Origin: Pyrodictium delaneyi
Lineage (GTDB): Archaea > Thermoproteota > Thermoprotei_A > Sulfolobales > Pyrodictiaceae
Assembly (NCBI RefSeq): GCF_001412615.1
Contig: NZ_CP013011.1
Coordinates: 1,410,001-1,442,000, forward strand
Direction of reading: 5' to 3'
Length of the DNA stretch: 32,000 nucleotides
Shown here: one piece after another, positions 25,662 to 32,000 of the stretch
How positions within the stretch are numbered: position 1 is the stretch's first letter
Layout: every line of letters starts with the position of its first letter
Notes under the pieces: generated by a model
Database searches by the model: none
Told to the model about the DNA's origin: nothing
The model's input: only the letters and a program-made list of their open reading frames with translations
Position numbers and translations under genes: made by a program

Positions 25662-27146
25662 CTATGCTTCTAGCCCTAGTGTTCTCGCCCACTCCGCCCA
25701 CTTAGCCGTGCAGAGCGTCTCCGCCTCCGGTAGAGGCCGGGGGTGCCTAGTCGGCACTGGGTCTAGGGCAGTTAGACAGTACATGTCCATGGCTAGCTTC
25801 TCTTGTGGCTCCCAGTCTCCCTCCAGCACACCACGGCCAAGAAGCCGCTTGACTGCCTCCTTGTACCTTGGGTGTACCGGCCTCGGCTTCGCCTTAGCTA
25901 GCGGGGTGCCGGGGAGGGGAAGGAAGGTGTGGAGCCGGAGACGGGCACCCATGTCGGCCAGCTTGTACATTATCTCGATTGTCGCTTCTACGTCCTCCTC
26001 AGTTTCCCCGGGGAGCCCAAAGATAAGATCCACTACAGCCTGGAAGCCGTAGCGGTGTATCAGCTCAACAGCCTCTAAGGCCTCTTCCACTGTGTGGCCT
26101 CGATCAACCGCATCGAGGAGCCTGTTGCTGCCCGATTGCAGGCCCACTGAGATGCGGCGGTTGGCTGCATAGCGCCGGACAATCTCGAGGACATCTGGAG
26201 TCACGTACTCTGGTCTTGCTTCGCTCGGAAAGCTGCCGAGGTAGGGCTCGCCGCCAGCCTCGCGGACGCTCCGTAGCAGCTCCTCGATAGCCTCGGGGTT
26301 GGGCTCGCCCGGCCTCCGAGCCATGTAGGCGAAGCCTATCGGGGCTACGAAGCGTATCCTCCTACGCCCTGCCGCCACGTACTCTCGTACAGCCTCCCCG
26401 ACCCGCCCGGGGCTCCGGTAGCGCACACGAGCCTTGAAGAGCCAGGGCACCTGGCAGAACTTGCAGCTGTAGGGACAACCCCTCATTATCTCGATGGGCG
26501 GGTAGAGCCCATACCTACTGCTATACGGCCGGTAATCGTCCAGCTCGACCAGCTCTATACGGGTGACGCGGAACCCCTGGCCCGGCTCGCGATACGCTAT
26601 GTTGGGCACGTCCTCTAGCTCCCGCTCGCCGAGGAAATGCTCCGAGAGACCCACGATAGCGTTCTCGCCGTCACCGACAACCGCTGCGTAGACCCCCATT
26701 CGCAGCAGCTGCCAGTAAGCACCCTCCGCATGGGGTCCACCTGCCACCACTGGATAGCGCCGCGAAACCCGGGAGATCTCCCCCATTAGCTCTAGGAAGA
26801 CAGGTGTAGAGAGCCCATAGAGCACCACGGGCCGGAGCCCACTATCCTCTAGCTCCCGGGCCAGGGGCAGCGGGTCATCTTCCACGAAGACTAGATCCAC
26901 GCTCCGGCCGAGGAGCCCACTATCCTCTAGAGCCGAGGCCAGGTGGGCGAAAGCGTTACGAGCACCGTACATCACACGCGCTATGAACACGACCCGCCGC
27001 GCTACCACAGCTCCAGCAACCCCCATAGCAGCCGTGGCAGAGTCAGCAGAAACGCCGAGACCCTCTACACCTCGGCCCGCCTGCCACTCCCAAGTGAACG
27101 CTGAGTAAAACCATGCAGTACTATTATCGTGTCTCCTTATCTTCAC
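25662..27146 (-). CDS. radical SAM protein with a long N-terminal Rossmann-like (B12-binding-like) domain
   Basis: MRGCPYSCKFCQ (CxxxCxxC) lies about 220 aa from the N-terminus, with GGPHAEG upstream. This architecture is typical of COG1032-type archaeal radical SAM proteins. The in-frame ATG at 27026 is an alternative start. Confidence 0.75.
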   Translation of the reverse strand: MKIRRHDNSTAWFYSAFTWEWQAGRGVEGLGVSADSATAAMGVAGAVVARRVVFIARVMYGARNAFAHLASALEDSGLLGRSVDLVFVEDDPLPLARELEDSGLRPVVLYGLSTPVFLELMGEISRVSRRYPVVAGGPHAEGAYWQLLRMGVYAAVVGDGENAIVGLSEHFLGERELEDVPNIAYREPGQGFRVTRIELVELDDYRPYSSRYGLYPPIEIMRGCPYSCKFCQVPWLFKARVRYRSPGRVGEAVREYVAAGRRRIRFVAPIGFAYMARRPGEPNPEAIEELLRSVREAGGEPYLGSFPSEARPEYVTPDVLEIVRRYAANRRISVGLQSGSNRLLDAVDRGHTVEEALEAVELIHRYGFQAVVDLIFGLPGETEEDVEATIEIMYKLADMGARLRLHTFLPLPGTPLAKAKPRPVHPRYKEAVKRLLGRGVLEGDWEPQEKLAMDMYCLTALDPVPTRHPRPLPEAETLCTAKWAEWARTLGLEA

Positions 27147-27191
27147 TCTCCTCGAGACCCAGCGGAAACCAGCTACTAAGCTATTCCACGG

Positions 27192-28766
27192 TTATCGTAG
27201 CTGTGCCAATGCTGCCTGGTATGAGGCTCTTAGTGCTGCTGACGGGTAGCCTGGCTTGACTAGGTGTTCCCAGGGCCGCTCGGCCTGCGGGCCGTGGGTG
27301 TAGCTGTCAAGGTCTACTCCTAGTCTCCGGGCGGCAGTCCATAGCTGGCCTAGGCGGCCGCCGAGCCGGGCCCATTCCGCGACTAGCTCTGCTACTCTCC
27401 CGTCGCCACGGGCGATTACCGCCTGGGCGTAGGCGTAGCGGTAGCTTAGCGCGTCTATGCTGAGTACTTTGCTCTGGGTCCGCCGGAGTATCCGGACCCG
27501 GCGTTCGTAGGCCTTGCGATCTATGAGGGGGAGGTACTGGAGGGGGGTCCAGGGCTTGGGTACGAGGGGGTTTACTGTGACCCGTATCGCGTCGCGGGCT
27601 GGGGGCGCGCGGCGGCTAAGCCGGCGTAGCTGCTCCGCGTAATCCTCTACGTCGCTGTCCGTCTCGCCGGGGAGGCCGAGCATAAGGTATAGCTTTATGT
27701 GCATTCTCCGCCGCCACGCCCACTCTGCTATCTCCTCAACCCTATCCATCATTATGCATTTGCCTATAGCGCGGCACAGCCTGGGACTGAGAGTCTCCGG
27801 GGCCACAGTGACTACACGCTGGCCCACGGCATTGAGTAGCTCTATCCGATTCTCGGTGAGGAGGTCGGCGCGTAAGCTACCTATCGTCGCCTCCAGGCCT
27901 TCGCCTATAACCCACTCCAGTAGCTTGTCGGCAGAGGGGTGGTCGAAAAAGCTGAGCGCATAGAAGGCGACCCTCCTCACCCTGTTAGCCTCCACACCCT
28001 GCCCTATCAACTGCTGGAGCCGCCAGAGGCTTCGGTGTCTGATTGGGAGGAGGAAATGGGCCTCCATGCAGAACCTGCACATGTGAGGGCAGCCGCGGCT
28101 GACTTCAACTATGTAGGCTTCTCCCCAGGGTTCGCCGCTGCCGGGTACCCGGAACTGGAGCGTGGAGTGGAAAGCCTCGTCGAGGTTCCAGGTGACTGCC
28201 TTCTCTACTGGCTCACTGCAACCTGGCACTAGGAAGCCACGGCTGCAAGCGAGTTCTTCAACCGCCTCTCCACCATCAGTATAGAGCTGCTCGGCTAACC
28301 TGGGTACTGTCTCTTCTGCCTCGCCGACGAGGACCAGGTCAGCCAACTCTAGTGCTACGGCTGGGTTCATGCTGGGGACAGGGCCCCCAACAACCACAAG
28401 AGGATGTTCCTTGCGTCTCCTCTCCCGCCGGAGTGCTGGTATGCCAGCCGCCTCCAACATGCGGGCCATAGTCACGTAGTCTAGCTCGTAGCTGACCGGG
28501 ACGAGCACCAGGTCGAACCTGTTGAGGTGTGTGCCCGTCTCTAGGCTCTGTGGAGGTGGCTCCTCACCGGCCATCGATGCCGCCACGAAGCGCTCGGCCT
28601 GGACATAGTCGAGGCTATTGAGCATGTAGTAGAGGTTCTGGTAGGCTAAGCTAGCCACAGCCGCACTATACACCGCCGGGTACAACAACGCTACACGGAG
28701 ACAGCCCCGGCAGCGCTTCACCACAACCCCGTGCTCTCTAGGCTTACTGCCCTGCCGCTGAGTCAT
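27192..28766 (-). CDS. radical SAM protein with a long N-terminal Rossmann-like (B12-binding-like) domain, second paralogous type
   Basis: SRGCPHMCRFCME (CxxxCxxC) lies at about residue 220. The N-terminal VALLYPAVYSAAVASLAYQNLYYMLN resembles the start of an uncharacterised radical SAM family that is widespread in bacteria and archaea. Length is 524 aa. Confidence 0.75.
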   Translation of the reverse strand: MTQRQGSKPREHGVVVKRCRGCLRVALLYPAVYSAAVASLAYQNLYYMLNSLDYVQAERFVAASMAGEEPPPQSLETGTHLNRFDLVLVPVSYELDYVTMARMLEAAGIPALRRERRRKEHPLVVVGGPVPSMNPAVALELADLVLVGEAEETVPRLAEQLYTDGGEAVEELACSRGFLVPGCSEPVEKAVTWNLDEAFHSTLQFRVPGSGEPWGEAYIVEVSRGCPHMCRFCMEAHFLLPIRHRSLWRLQQLIGQGVEANRVRRVAFYALSFFDHPSADKLLEWVIGEGLEATIGSLRADLLTENRIELLNAVGQRVVTVAPETLSPRLCRAIGKCIMMDRVEEIAEWAWRRRMHIKLYLMLGLPGETDSDVEDYAEQLRRLSRRAPPARDAIRVTVNPLVPKPWTPLQYLPLIDRKAYERRVRILRRTQSKVLSIDALSYRYAYAQAVIARGDGRVAELVAEWARLGGRLGQLWTAARRLGVDLDSYTHGPQAERPWEHLVKPGYPSAALRASYQAALAQLR

Positions 28767-28788
28767 GGCAGTTCGAACCCTACGAGCA

Positions 28789-28866
28789 CTACGTCATACA
28801 GCATGACATAGGCTCACGGCTGACACAACTAATATCTACATCACATCCATTAACATCGTACAACAA
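28789..28866 (-). CDS. speculative 25-codon Cys-rich micro-ORF in the AT-rich spacer between two radical SAM genes
   Basis: TTG TTG TAC ... ACG TAG reads (M)LYDVNGCDVDISCVSREPMSCCMT, with 4 Cys in 25 aa. It ends 22 nt before the ATG of the downstream radical SAM gene. There is no other support. Confidence 0.12.
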   Translation of the reverse strand: MLYDVNGCDVDISCVSREPMSCCMT

Positions 28867-28993
28867 CGTGTAGCCTAATGTAGCTCCACTTTTTAGCTGT
28901 TATCGTTCTGGCAGTGCTCGTCGCCATAAAGAGCAGCATAGAAGGGATACAACATCTCTACAGCCAGCTAGATGTATGCAAAACACCTTGTAC

Positions 28994-29980
28994 TTAGGTC
29001 CCTGTATGTACGCGTGGACATAGAGGGTCTGGCGATGGGAGTCTACCCCAGTAGTAGTGTGCCCGAGCGTAGCATCCTCCACGACAGCTGACTGCTACCG
29101 GGCAGCTTCTGCACCTGCCTGGTGTCTGGTTGATTAGCCTGTTTAGGGGGTGCTTCTGTAGCTTCTCCCAGGCGTCTCGCAGACCGTCTCTCAGCACGTC
29201 CGCGACTACTACTCCTAGCACGTCGCAGAACACTACTTTGCCGCTCGGGGTTATATCCATGACATTCCAGTCCCGGCAGTTGCTGTAGGTTAGGTGTCTC
29301 GCCCAGGGTAGGGCCGCTGTGAACGGGGCACACCAGACTGCTACTGTTATGCCTAGCTGGCTGGCCGTCTCCTCGGCCTGGCGGAGCGCCTCTAGGAACT
29401 CTCTCTGGGAGACGTTTGTCCGCGTCCCCAGAGCCCTCCCCGTGGGCATCGAGGGTATCACTGAGATGCTGGAGGCGCCTAGCTCTACTGCCGTTCTTAT
29501 CGCCTCGCCGACGCGGCTGTAGTTGAGCCGGGAGACCGGGATGTTCACGTGGAAGCTTAGCCCCTGGCGCCGGACGGTCTCGAGGCCCTTTAGGAATCTG
29601 GCCCAGGAGCCAGGGCCCTTGGCTTTCTCGTAGACGTCGCGGGGCCCGTCAAGGCTCGTTAGGAGGGATGTTTCTAGACGGGCCAGCCTAGCGGCCCTAT
29701 CCTCAGTCATGAGGGTCATGTTGGTAAAGAGGCTTGTCTCTATGCCCCGGTCGCGTGCAGCCCCGATTATCTCGAATATGTCTCTGCGCAGTAGCGGCTC
29801 GCCACCGGTAAAGTTGATGTAGCCTACTCCTAGCTCTGCTGCCTCGCCTATTATGCGGAGGGCCTCGCTGGTGGGGAGCGGCTTCTCGGCCTGGTAGCGC
29901 GTAGCATAGCAATAGGGGCAGCGCAGATTACACGCCGGAGTTACTATCCATATGAGCCATTCCGGCCCCTCTGCAGCCAT
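28994..29980 (-). CDS. radical SAM protein with a C-terminal SPASM/twitch-type Cys cluster (anSME/PqqE/NirJ-AhbD-like)
   Basis: ACNLRCPYCYA (CxxxCxxC) lies near the N-terminus, with GGEPLL downstream. The C-terminal cluster is CRSCPVAVSCRGGCYARA...DPLCP. The ATG at 29980 (MAAEGPEWLIWIVTPACN) gives the usual spacing. The track start GTG 30052 is in the same frame. Confidence 0.8.
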   Translation of the reverse strand: MAAEGPEWLIWIVTPACNLRCPYCYATRYQAEKPLPTSEALRIIGEAAELGVGYINFTGGEPLLRRDIFEIIGAARDRGIETSLFTNMTLMTEDRAARLARLETSLLTSLDGPRDVYEKAKGPGSWARFLKGLETVRRQGLSFHVNIPVSRLNYSRVGEAIRTAVELGASSISVIPSMPTGRALGTRTNVSQREFLEALRQAEETASQLGITVAVWCAPFTAALPWARHLTYSNCRDWNVMDITPSGKVVFCDVLGVVVADVLRDGLRDAWEKLQKHPLNRLINQTPGRCRSCPVAVSCRGGCYARAHYYWGRLPSPDPLCPRVHTGT

Positions 29981-30324
29981 AGTGCCACTCACCATGCACA
30001 ACATGTAGCCGTGTGTAGGCTGCCAACCCGGCACCCAAGAGGCAGCTGCCACGACGCCTAGGCCCGGAGCTTGTAGCCGCCGCTGGCGGCCAAGGCCTAT
30101 AGCATGGCTGCTGAGGCTCTGGGCCCCAGGGTGTCTTCGAGGCCAGCCTACGGTACTACAGTATTCCCCTCATAGGGTTTTATCCGGAGGCAGCAAACGC
30201 GCTAGCTTCATGGCTCCAGTTCCCGGCAATCAAGAAACCAGCACACCTCTATGGTGTTCCCCTTGTAGAACTAGGAGAGCTGGTTCCATGCCGCTTGCAG
30301 GACTTTGGCCTGGAGCTTAGGAGC

Positions 30325-31605
30325 CTAAATGACGAGCTTTTCGTCTTCTATCCGGCGGCTCTTCGTTCCCAGTATGTCTGCGTCTATCTCCTCACCGCCG
30401 TAGAGCACAGCCTTCTTCTTGCCCAGGGCGAGGGCTGCAGCTATCCTGCCCACGGCATCAGCCTTCATTATCCCGCTGCCGCTTGTCCCCGCCGCGACGA
30501 CTAAGCCGGGCTCGCTGAAGACCACAGGCTGCCCGTCTATCGATATGTCGTAGAAACCCGCCCAGGCCGCAGCGGGCCGGGCACCATTGAACGCTGGGAG
30601 GTAGCTGCGTAGGATGGGGTAGACCCCGTAGGTGTAGTAGGGCTCCTCGGGCTGGGGATCCGGCTCCCAGGCGAAGGGCCTACCGAGGTGGTCAGAGGCG
30701 CCTACCCAGAACGCGTTCTCCTCGGGGGCTGGGCGTACGTACACCCCCTTGGGCAGGAGGATGAACGGCATTACGCCGTACGGATTAAAGCCCTCTGCGT
30801 GAAGAAGCCTCTGGAGCCCAGGAGTATTGGCGCGGAGCACGAAGACCTGCCTCTTCTTCGGCTTGGCGTGAACATCTACGCCTATCGGGTCGAGGAGCAT
30901 GGGCGACTCGGCGCCAGCAGCTATTATCGTCACGTCTGCCCGTATCTCGCCATGTTGAGTGACGGCGCCGGCTACTCGGGCCCGCTGCCAGGGGAGGGGC
31001 TCATAGGCTAGGCCAAGAGGCTCCTCGGGCTCTACTATGAGCCGCTCGACCCGGGTGTTGTAGATGGTCTCGACCCCCATTTCCCTTATCCTAGTGTGGT
31101 AGTACTCGACGAGCCTCTCCGGCCTCATTATCCCAGCGTTCTCGGCGAGGATACCGACCTCTATGTCCTCGAGCCCCATGAGCTCCGCCTCCTCATCACC
31201 CCGAACACGCGTCCGTAGCCCCAGTCTCTCCTCTAACTCCCCGGCGTCAATGACCCGGTAGCCTAGGCCGCGGCGCCGCAGCTCCTGGAGCACCGGCTCC
31301 AGCGCCCCATACTTCTCCTCGCTGAGGAGAAAGAGGTAGCCGATGAACTTCATGCCAAGGTCGAAGTTCTCCCTCTCCTGTATGCTCCGGTAGAACGCGA
31401 TACTTGTGGCGGCGAGCGCCATGTTGGTACGCGAGTAGAAGAAGGCGCGGAAAGCCGCTGCACTCCTCCCCGTATCCCCGTGACCGGGGCCGGGGTGTTT
31501 GTCCACCAGGGCTATACTACAGCTGGGGCACTGCTGTTTCACGTGGAAGGCTGTTGCGAGGCCTATTACGCCGGCGCCCACGACTAGCACGTCTACCCTA
31601 GTCAT
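30325..31605 (-). CDS. FAD-dependent oxidoreductase (DAO / sarcosine oxidase beta-like family)
   Basis: MTRVDVLVVGAGVIGLATAF is a GxGxxG dinucleotide-binding fold at the N-terminus if the gene starts at ATG 31605, which has GGAGG 8-12 nt upstream. The C-terminal GTSGSGIM block fits the family. The track start GTG 31677 adds 24 unlikely residues. Confidence 0.8.
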   Translation of the reverse strand: MTRVDVLVVGAGVIGLATAFHVKQQCPSCSIALVDKHPGPGHGDTGRSAAAFRAFFYSRTNMALAATSIAFYRSIQERENFDLGMKFIGYLFLLSEEKYGALEPVLQELRRRGLGYRVIDAGELEERLGLRTRVRGDEEAELMGLEDIEVGILAENAGIMRPERLVEYYHTRIREMGVETIYNTRVERLIVEPEEPLGLAYEPLPWQRARVAGAVTQHGEIRADVTIIAAGAESPMLLDPIGVDVHAKPKKRQVFVLRANTPGLQRLLHAEGFNPYGVMPFILLPKGVYVRPAPEENAFWVGASDHLGRPFAWEPDPQPEEPYYTYGVYPILRSYLPAFNGARPAAAWAGFYDISIDGQPVVFSEPGLVVAAGTSGSGIMKADAVGRIAAALALGKKKAVLYGGEEIDADILGTKSRRIEDEKLVI

Positions 31606-31720
31606 AATCGCGCCTCCGGCACTAGGGGTCTGAGTCCAGCGAGGCTCTACGATGTCCATGTTGTGGCCGATGCACACCTGGAGATAACTGCTACTATGCG
31701 TGGTCTAGCGGTGGGCCAGC

Positions 31721-31728
31721 TATAAATA
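31721..31728. promoter_or_regulatory. TATAAATA box in the divergent intergenic region
   Basis: TATAAATA is the only strong TATA-like element between the FAD oxidoreductase gene (minus) and the 2-oxoacid oxidoreductase gamma gene (plus). It could serve either or both. Confidence 0.3.
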
Positions 31729-31826
31729 TGGAATCCTGCTGAAGGCTCCTCGGGAGTGGCTAGGCCTTGGTCCCGCACGCAACTACCGGCGGTGGGCTCC
31801 TCGAGGCTCTAAGAAGCACTGTAGAG

Positions 31827-32000
31827 TTGAGGTTTCATGGCCGCGGCGGCCAGGGAGCTGTAACCGCGGCTACGCTCCTCGTCCGCGCCGCGCTGCTGGA
31901 GGGCAAGTGGGGCCAGGCTATCCCCAGCTTTGGAGCCGAGAGACGTGGAGCGCACGTGCTTGCATTCGCCCGTGTCGCCGAGAAGCCGGTGCCTATCCAC
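31827..32000 (+). CDS. 2-oxoacid (pyruvate/2-ketoisovalerate):ferredoxin oxidoreductase gamma subunit, 5' part (runs off the window)
   Basis: The plus frame reads (TTG)[57 protein letters not shown]. This matches the conserved gamma-subunit N-terminus (RFHGRGGQG ... FGxERRGAP). It is absent from the ORF track because no stop lies inside the window. An in-frame TTG at 31767 is an alternative start. Confidence 0.75.
   Translation, partial: MRFHGRGGQGAVTAATLLVRAALLEGKWGQAIPSFGAERRGAHVLAFARVAEKPVPIH

Noticed and set aside
28900-29082. 60-aa minus ORF spanning the 3' end of the SPASM gene and the spacer
   Set aside because: It overlaps the SPASM gene in another frame for half its length, and has no features.
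30184-30200. CCGGAGGCAGCAAAC, which resembles the SRP RNA helix 8 tetraloop plus AGCA motif
   Set aside because: The stem closing the putative GGAG loop does not pair beyond one base pair. I could not find Alu-domain motifs or 5'/3' end complementarity.
30210-30320. 36-codon plus-strand ORF MAPVPGNQETSTPLWCSPCRTRRAGSMPLAGLWPGA (CxxC) near the SPASM gene
   Set aside because: It lies on the opposite strand to every neighbouring gene, has GC-driven Pro/Arg/Gly composition and no RBS. It is one of several open frames in a GC-rich spacer.
30113-30504. 130-codon open plus frame (track ORF 30295..30504 plus upstream extension) with fairly protein-like sequence
   Set aside because: There is no canonical start before 30295. 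Its 3' half is antisense to the well-supported C-terminus of the FAD oxidoreductase, and I recognised no motif.
31809-32000. 63-aa minus-strand ORF at the right edge
   Set aside because: It is antisense to a plus-strand frame with an unmistakable 2-oxoacid:ferredoxin oxidoreductase gamma N-terminus. It has no recognisable motifs, and its GTG start coincides with the window edge.
1-32000. Looked for CRISPR arrays, rRNA or tRNA genes, transposase or integrase genes, long direct or inverted repeats, and recognisable defence genes
   Set aside because: I found none by eye. The intergenic regions are short apart from those discussed, and none shows repeat-spacer periodicity or tRNA-like cloverleaf segments. 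A tRNAscan or repeat-finder run would be needed to exclude them formally.

Overview
This window is GC-rich and densely coding, and looks like archaeal chromosome. A hyperthermophilic crenarchaeote of the Desulfurococcales type is my inference from several signs. These are frequent GTG/TTG starts, heavy AGG/ATA/CTA codon use, split purS/purQ/purL, an AOR-family tungstoenzyme and TATA-like boxes. I cannot name the organism.

Gene content, left to right:
- The 3' part of a fused double-ABC ECF-type ATPase plus its T component.
- A TPR-like protein, an M32 carboxypeptidase and a membrane-anchored DsbA-like CPYC protein.
- purM and a PflA-like radical SAM gene.
- A long minus-strand purine operon, purC-purS-purQ-purL-purF-purF'-purD-purT (17263 down to 8051).
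- A visibly AT-rich spacer followed by amt-glnK.
- A 594-aa membrane/coiled-coil protein of unknown function and an aldo/keto reductase.
- A co-directional minus-strand block: FAD oxidoreductase, radical SAM/SPASM, two large radical SAM proteins with B12-binding-like N-terminal domains, a CxxC thioredoxin-fold protein and an AOR-family oxidoreductase.
- The 5' end of a 2-oxoacid:ferredoxin oxidoreductase gamma subunit, which the ORF track missed.

I saw no rRNA, tRNA, CRISPR array or transposase.

Main observations:
- purC and aor both have conserved N-termini upstream of any ATG/GTG/TTG, and each has an in-frame CTG exactly where the start codon is expected.
- amt appears split by a one-base frameshift in a T-run.
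- The second purF copy lacks the catalytic Cys1.
- The AOR homologue lacks the first Cys of the CxxCxxxC cluster motif.
- The run of three radical SAM genes has no assignable function, and an AT-rich spacer inside it carries a Cys-rich 25-codon micro-ORF.

All functional calls rest on by-eye motif recognition. No database search was run.
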